Assembly: GCA_006218025.1 (NCBI GenBank)
Contig: VBWA01000029.1
Location: 83,566 to 107,565 of the forward strand
DNA: 24,000 nucleotides
Origin: Rhodocyclaceae bacterium
GTDB taxonomy: Bacteria; Pseudomonadota; Gammaproteobacteria; Burkholderiales; Rhodocyclaceae
Direction of reading: 5' to 3'
Part shown: in pieces, positions 21,070-24,000 of the stretch
Position numbering within the stretch: the stretch's first letter is position 1
How the letters are laid out: the number at the start of each line of letters is the position of its first letter
The notes under the pieces: generated by a model
The model's database searches: none
Seen by the model: the letters and a program-made list of their open reading frames with translations, nothing else
What the model was told of the DNA's origin: nothing
Translations under genes and position numbers: made by a program

Positions 21070-21111
21070 GCAGGAGTCGGCGCTGAGAGGACGGCGATTG
21101 ATGTCGCCCCC
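21070..21111 (+). repeat. Direct repeat P2: second copy of the post-nagZ sequence
   Basis: See P1. P2 lies on the far side of the higBA module from E2. Confidence 0.8.
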
Positions 21112-21131
21112 TTTGGTTGCTTTGGTTGTTT

Positions 21132-21632
21132 TCATGTGCTCGCCCGACTTGATGCATCGTATAGCTTCTCCGGTGCGTACCGAGGAACCAGGATGCCTTC
21201 TTCAACAACCGCCAGGATGGGCATACCCTCAGCACCGGTTCGCCAAATTCTTGCCGGGTAACTGCAGGTAGCCGGCTGCCAACCCTGGGGAATAAATTCA
21301 TATTGCCAGTCAGAATGTCCCTGTTCGCGCACCGTGGCATGGTAGTGATTGTCGGTATCCCAGCATGTGATAGCGATCGAGACTTCTCCGCAGGTTGGGG
21401 TGCCGGAATCGTATGCGGTTATTGCCGCCACGATATTGGGGCCGGCCCGTTGCTCGGAAAATCCAACGATGCCTAGAAAAGCAGCGATCATTAACGGTAC
21501 CGGGTGCCAGAAGACAACGGCCGCAATCACGCCGATTGCTCCACCCGTCAGAAGCCACCCGTGAATGTGAGGCGCAAAGCCGATAGAGGCCGTAAGTGCA
21601 GCGAGTTGCTCTTCGACAGTGCGCGTTCTCAT
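21132..21632 (-). CDS. Hypothetical membrane protein: two predicted TM helices plus a soluble C-terminal domain of about 100 aa
   Basis: 166-aa ORF. Hydrophobic segments WLLTGGAIGVIAAVVFW and PLMIAAFLGIVGF. I recognise no family. It lies in the A/T-richer part of the islet. Confidence 0.5.
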   Translation of the reverse strand: MRTRTVEEQLAALTASIGFAPHIHGWLLTGGAIGVIAAVVFWHPVPLMIAAFLGIVGFSEQRAGPNIVAAITAYDSGTPTCGEVSIAITCWDTDNHYHATVREQGHSDWQYEFIPQGWQPATCSYPARIWRTGAEGMPILAVVEEGILVPRYAPEKLYDASSRAST

Positions 21633-21747
21633 CGATCCGGCCCAACGAAGCGTAGAAGAAGTTCATTCATGGACGCATCGTGCCGTGAACCAAATGGAAT
21701 ATCAATACTCCGGGGCCACGAATCTCTAGATTGAATTGGTCCGATAA

Positions 21748-21870
21748 AACCAGTCAGGTCAAGTGCCGTTTGTAGAAGAGGAAGACTATTTCTTTCTCAA
21801 GACCGTAATCCCGAGCCGCAAGGCAACGAGGGACTATTTGAATCAAGGTGAAACAGATGCCGAAAATTGA
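21748..21870 (+). pseudogene. Possible BrnT-like toxin remnant (C-terminal stub only)
   Basis: Open frame ...VPFVEEEDYFFLKTVIPSRKATRDYLNQGE... The VIPSRKATR stretch resembles the BrnT/DUF497 C-terminal IISARKATR motif. Two in-frame stops (21727, 21745) lie upstream and no N-terminal FEWD motif is present. The stop overlaps the start of the downstream RHH gene, as in toxin-first brnTA operons. Confidence 0.3.
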
Positions 21871-22180
21871 TGCCTACGAACATGAAGTCCTCACCGCCTT
21901 TGAGAAAGGCCAACTGAAGTCCGTTGCCACGAAGGCCGAGCTAGCGAAATTCAAGGCAGCAGCGCGCGCTACGGCTATAAAGGATCGCCGGGTCAACATC
22001 CGCCTGTCCTCTGGCGATTTGAGCGACATTCAAGTTAAGGCACTTGAAGAAGGTGTGCCGTATCAAACGCTCATCGCCAGCGTTCTTCACAAGTACGTCA
22101 CGGGCCGCCTGGCCGAGCCGCGCGCCACCAAGAAATCAAGTCGCCCCGCGACAAAACGCCGCGTTACGTCTGGCAGTTGA
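21857..22180 (+). CDS. CopG/RHH antitoxin, BrnA-like
   Basis: About 107 aa from ATG 21857; the track uses GTG 21848. KDRRVNIRLSSGDLSDIQVKALEEGVPYQTLIASVLHKYVTGRL is the ribbon-helix-helix core of this antitoxin family. Confidence 0.7.
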   Translation: MPKIDAYEHEVLTAFEKGQLKSVATKAELAKFKAAARATAIKDRRVNIRLSSGDLSDIQVKALEEGVPYQTLIASVLHKYVTGRLAEPRATKKSSRPATKRRVTSGS

Positions 22181-22199
22181 ATGTTCGTTTCGGCGCCGA

Positions 22200-22268
22200 C
22201 GCCCAACCCTGCGGTCCAGGGGCGCTGCGCGATAAGGCCGCGCCGCGCCCCTGACCTGGAACGGAGGG
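22200..22268 (+). other. attC-like element, or simply a strong imperfect hairpin, downstream of the RHH gene
   Basis: GCCCAAC (22200-22206) fits RYYYAAC. A roughly 17-bp stem (22212-22230 / 22237-22255) has one bulged C and one mismatch. The distal box GGAGGGC (22262-22268) lacks the canonical GTT. No U-tract follows, so it is not a standard terminator. Confidence 0.25.
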
Positions 22269-22283
22269 CCTCTTGAAGCGCTC

Positions 22284-22311
22284 GCATCGCGGCTTGACAA
22301 GCGTACGTAAT
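22284..22311 (+). promoter_or_regulatory. Putative promoter and operator of the second Phd/YoeB-type module
   Basis: TTGACA (22284-22289)-N16-TACCAT (22306-22311). The inverted repeat GTACG-N6-CGTAC (22293-22308) lies in the spacer. AAGGAG RBS precedes ATG 22346. Confidence 0.5.
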
Positions 22312-22345
22312 GGCGTACCATTAAGCTTCTTTGAAGGAGCACGAA

Positions 22346-22588
22346 ATGAACACCCTTACCGCCAGCGAAGCTCGCGCCAATCTGTACCGGCTCATTGACC
22401 AAACAGTGGAGTCACACGAGCCGATCATAATTTCCGGCAAACGCAGCAGCGCCGTTCTGCTCTCTGCGGAAGATTGGAGCGCAATTCAAGAAACCCTATA
22501 CCTGTTGGCCGTGCCTGGCATGCGCGAGTCCATCAAGGCTGGTATGGCTGAGCCCCTCGCAAAAAGTTCGAAGGGCCTTAAGTGGTGA
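22346..22588 (+). CDS. Phd/YefM family antitoxin
   Basis: 80 aa from ATG 22346. MNTLTASEARANLYRLIDQTVESHEPIIISGKRSSAVLLSAEDWSAIQETLYLL. Confidence 0.88.
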   Translation: MNTLTASEARANLYRLIDQTVESHEPIIISGKRSSAVLLSAEDWSAIQETLYLLAVPGMRESIKAGMAEPLAKSSKGLKW

Positions 22589-22848
22589 GTTGGGAAATTG
22601 TTTATGCCAAGCAAGCAATGAAGGACGCAAAGAAGCTTGCTGCAAGTGGTCTTAAATCAAAGGCACAAGAACTGCTCGCGGTTCTTGCCGACAATCCATT
22701 TCAAAATCCACCGCCCTTCGAAAAGTTGGTCGGTGATCTTGCTGGTGCATATTCTCGCCGCATCAATATCCAGCACCGCATTGTGTATGAGGTCTTTAAC
22801 AAAGAGAAAACGGTTCGTGTCCTACGCATGTGGACGCATTATGAGTGA
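22582..22848 (+). CDS. Txe/YoeB-RelE superfamily toxin
   Basis: 88 aa, GTG start overlapping the antitoxin stop. NPFQNPPPFEKLVGDLAGAYSRRINIQHRIVYEV...VRVLRMWTHYE matches the Txe/YoeB-type addiction-module toxin pattern. Confidence 0.85.
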   Translation: MVSWEIVYAKQAMKDAKKLAASGLKSKAQELLAVLADNPFQNPPPFEKLVGDLAGAYSRRINIQHRIVYEVFNKEKTVRVLRMWTHYE

Positions 22849-22851
22849 GCA

Positions 22852-22920
22852 GAGGCCCAACCCATCCATCAACACGGACCTTCGCTTCGCTCAGGACGGT
22901 TATGTCAGACGTTCGGCCTC
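22852..22920 (+). other. attC-like site downstream of the second TA module
   Basis: The 69-bp terminal inverted repeat GAGGCCCAAC (22852-22861) / GTTCGGCCTC (22911-22920) matches at 9 of 10 positions. It contains GCCCAAC (RYYYAAC) and GTTCGGC (near GTTRRRY). The inner stem CATCAACACG / CGGTTATG pairs only if two bases are extrahelical. Confidence 0.3.
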
Positions 22921-23015
22921 TCAAAATGAACCTTTCCTCGCCGTACCGCCAGCGCCGACTTTCACCTGCCTGGCTGGGCCGCTGCCGAACCGGCGTTCCC
23001 TGAAAGGAGCAACAA

Positions 23016-23414
23016 GTGATTGAAGGAAGCTGCCTGTGCGGCGGTGTCCGCTACGAGTATGACGGCGATATCGACGAGATTTCGATCTGCCATTGTTCGC
23101 AGTGCCGCAAGGCGCAGGGCTCGGCGTTTGCCGCGGTGAGCCCGATCGATTCCGCCCGGTTCCGGCTCATCTCGGGCAGCGAACTGCTCAGGGAATACCG
23201 CGCCTCGCCGGGCAAGGCCCGGGTCTTTTGCGGCAACTGCGGCAGCCCGATCTACAGCGCGCGGGACGATCTGCCGGAGAAGAAGCGCCTGCGCCTCGGT
23301 AACGTGGATACGCCCTTCGTCTGCAGCAATCTATTTCATATCTACGTGGGCTCCAAGGCGTCGTGGATGGACATCGGCGACGCGCATCCACGCTTTCCCG
23401 GGCAGAAGCGGTGA
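23016..23414 (+). CDS. GFA (glutathione-dependent formaldehyde-activating / CENP-V) family protein
   Basis: 132 aa, GTG start after an AAGGAG RBS. Zinc-binding Cys pattern CLCGGV...CHCSQCRK...CGNCGSP. Confidence 0.85.
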   Translation: MIEGSCLCGGVRYEYDGDIDEISICHCSQCRKAQGSAFAAVSPIDSARFRLISGSELLREYRASPGKARVFCGNCGSPIYSARDDLPEKKRLRLGNVDTPFVCSNLFHIYVGSKASWMDIGDAHPRFPGQKR

Positions 23415-23427
23415 CGGGCATTTCAAG

Positions 23428-23907
23428 GTGAGCAGGCTCGAGGTGTTGCCGGCGTCGATAGAGGAACTGGAGAAGGTTCGCGCGTCGTGCAGGAAGATGG
23501 TCAGACGGCGTGCGGCAACTTCGGGCGGCATGTCCCTGATTCCGATCCCGGGCGTCGACATCGCGGGTGACGTGGGCATGCTGCTGCAGTTGATCCCGGC
23601 GATCAACCGGAAGTTCGGGCTGACGCCCGAGCTAATCGAAGAGCTCGATACGCGGCACAAGGTGGCGATCTACGCGATGCTGAAGAAGGTCGGCTCCGAT
23701 CTGGCGGGCCGCGCCATTACTCAAAAGCTCGTCGTGGCCGCACTGAAAAAGGTCGGTGCGCGCATGGCGACGAAGCAGGTGCTGAAATACGTACCCGTCG
23801 CCGGACAGGCTGCCGCGGTTGCGCTCAGCGTGGCGGCGATGATGTATCTGGGGAATTCGCATGTCGACGCCTGCTTCGAGATTGCCCGCGGAGCGATCGA
23901 GGAGTGA
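23428..23907 (+). CDS. Hypothetical protein, DUF697-like
   Basis: 159 aa, GTG start. LIPIPGVDIAGDVGMLLQLIPAINRKFGL...KYVPVAGQAAAVALSVAAMMYLG resembles the DUF697 pattern (P.P..D......Q..M...I...YGL...IPG.G......A....T.A.G). Assigned from memory, not from a search. Confidence 0.45.
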   Translation: MSRLEVLPASIEELEKVRASCRKMVRRRAATSGGMSLIPIPGVDIAGDVGMLLQLIPAINRKFGLTPELIEELDTRHKVAIYAMLKKVGSDLAGRAITQKLVVAALKKVGARMATKQVLKYVPVAGQAAAVALSVAAMMYLGNSHVDACFEIARGAIEE

Positions 23908-23908
23908 G

Positions 23909-24000
23909 CATGCCCCCGCCCGCTGAAGCTTCGGCTGCACCGCTGCTGCGTGCCTTGCAGGACGACATCACGCGCCTGAAGGTTGATGCCATTGTCAATG
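23909..24000 (+). CDS. Macro-domain protein (YmdB / O-acetyl-ADP-ribose deacetylase-like), N-terminal fragment
   Basis: The ATG lies 1 nt after the preceding stop. LQDDITRLKVDAIVN matches the macro-domain N-terminal motif (E. coli YmdB has QGDITKLAVDVIVNAAN). The ORF runs off the window. Confidence 0.7.

Noticed and set aside
21112-21131. Tandem 9-mer TTTGGTTGC TTTGGTTGT just after the 2-TM gene stop
   Set aside because: There are only two imperfect copies, which is too short to call a repeat element. It may be part of the extended P-repeat homology (GGTTG also follows P1).
21035-21340. 78-aa (+) and 93-aa (-) ORFs spanning the P2 repeat and the 3' end of the 2-TM gene
   Set aside because: They overlap each other and a better-supported ORF, lack RBS signals, and cross a non-coding repeat. 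They are probably spurious.
22841-23023. 60-codon ORF (MSEQRPNPSINTDLRF...) starting at the second toxin's stop and crossing the attC-like site
   Set aside because: It has no RBS, a Pro/Ser-rich low-information sequence, and lies over a structured inverted repeat. I treat it as non-coding.
23428-24000. DarT-DarG type toxin/macro-domain antitoxin pair
   Set aside because: The gene preceding the macro domain shows DUF697-like repeats, not DarT (DUF4433) features. The macro ORF looks like a stand-alone YmdB-type N-terminus. There is not enough sequence in the window to support a DarTG call.

Overview
High-GC proteobacterial chromosome segment, with beta/gamma-type synteny comparable to the Pseudomonas algU-mucABCD-lepA-lepB-rnc-era-recO-pdxJ region. 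Positions 1-19668 are conserved housekeeping core, all on the + strand except nadB. The order is yceD(partial)-rpmF-plsX-fabH-fabD-fabG-acpP-fabF, a YgfX/CptA-like membrane protein, nadB (-), rpoE-rseA-rseB-rseC-degP, a glutaredoxin-like gene, lepA, lepB, DUF4845, rnc-era-recO-pdxJ-acpS-nagZ. Many junctions are 1-4 nt translationally coupled overlaps. The core has two anomalies. lepA lacks about 26 conserved codons near its 3' end and is frameshifted. A diverged copy of the fabD ribosome-binding site plus its first 7 codons sits in the fabH-fabD spacer. From 19669 to the window end the sequence becomes an accessory islet of small genes, visibly more A/T-rich around 21.1-22.9 kb. It holds an intact yefM-yoeB pair, a higB/higA-type pair with a frameshifted toxin, an orphan 2-TM protein, a BrnA-like RHH antitoxin preceded by a BrnT-like stub, a second Phd/YefM + YoeB/Txe-like pair, and a GFA / DUF697-like / macro-domain gene string that runs off the window. 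Two sets of direct repeats copy the nagZ 3' end and the sequence just downstream of it. They bracket the first two TA modules and provide an empty-site versus filled-site comparison inside the window. Two inter-gene spacers resemble integron attC sites. I saw no rRNA, tRNA, CRISPR array, transposase or integrase. I cannot name a clearly novel multi-gene system. The best candidates for follow-up are the nagZ-proximal insertion hotspot, the attC-like sites, and the uncharacterised 2-TM and DUF697-like/macro genes.
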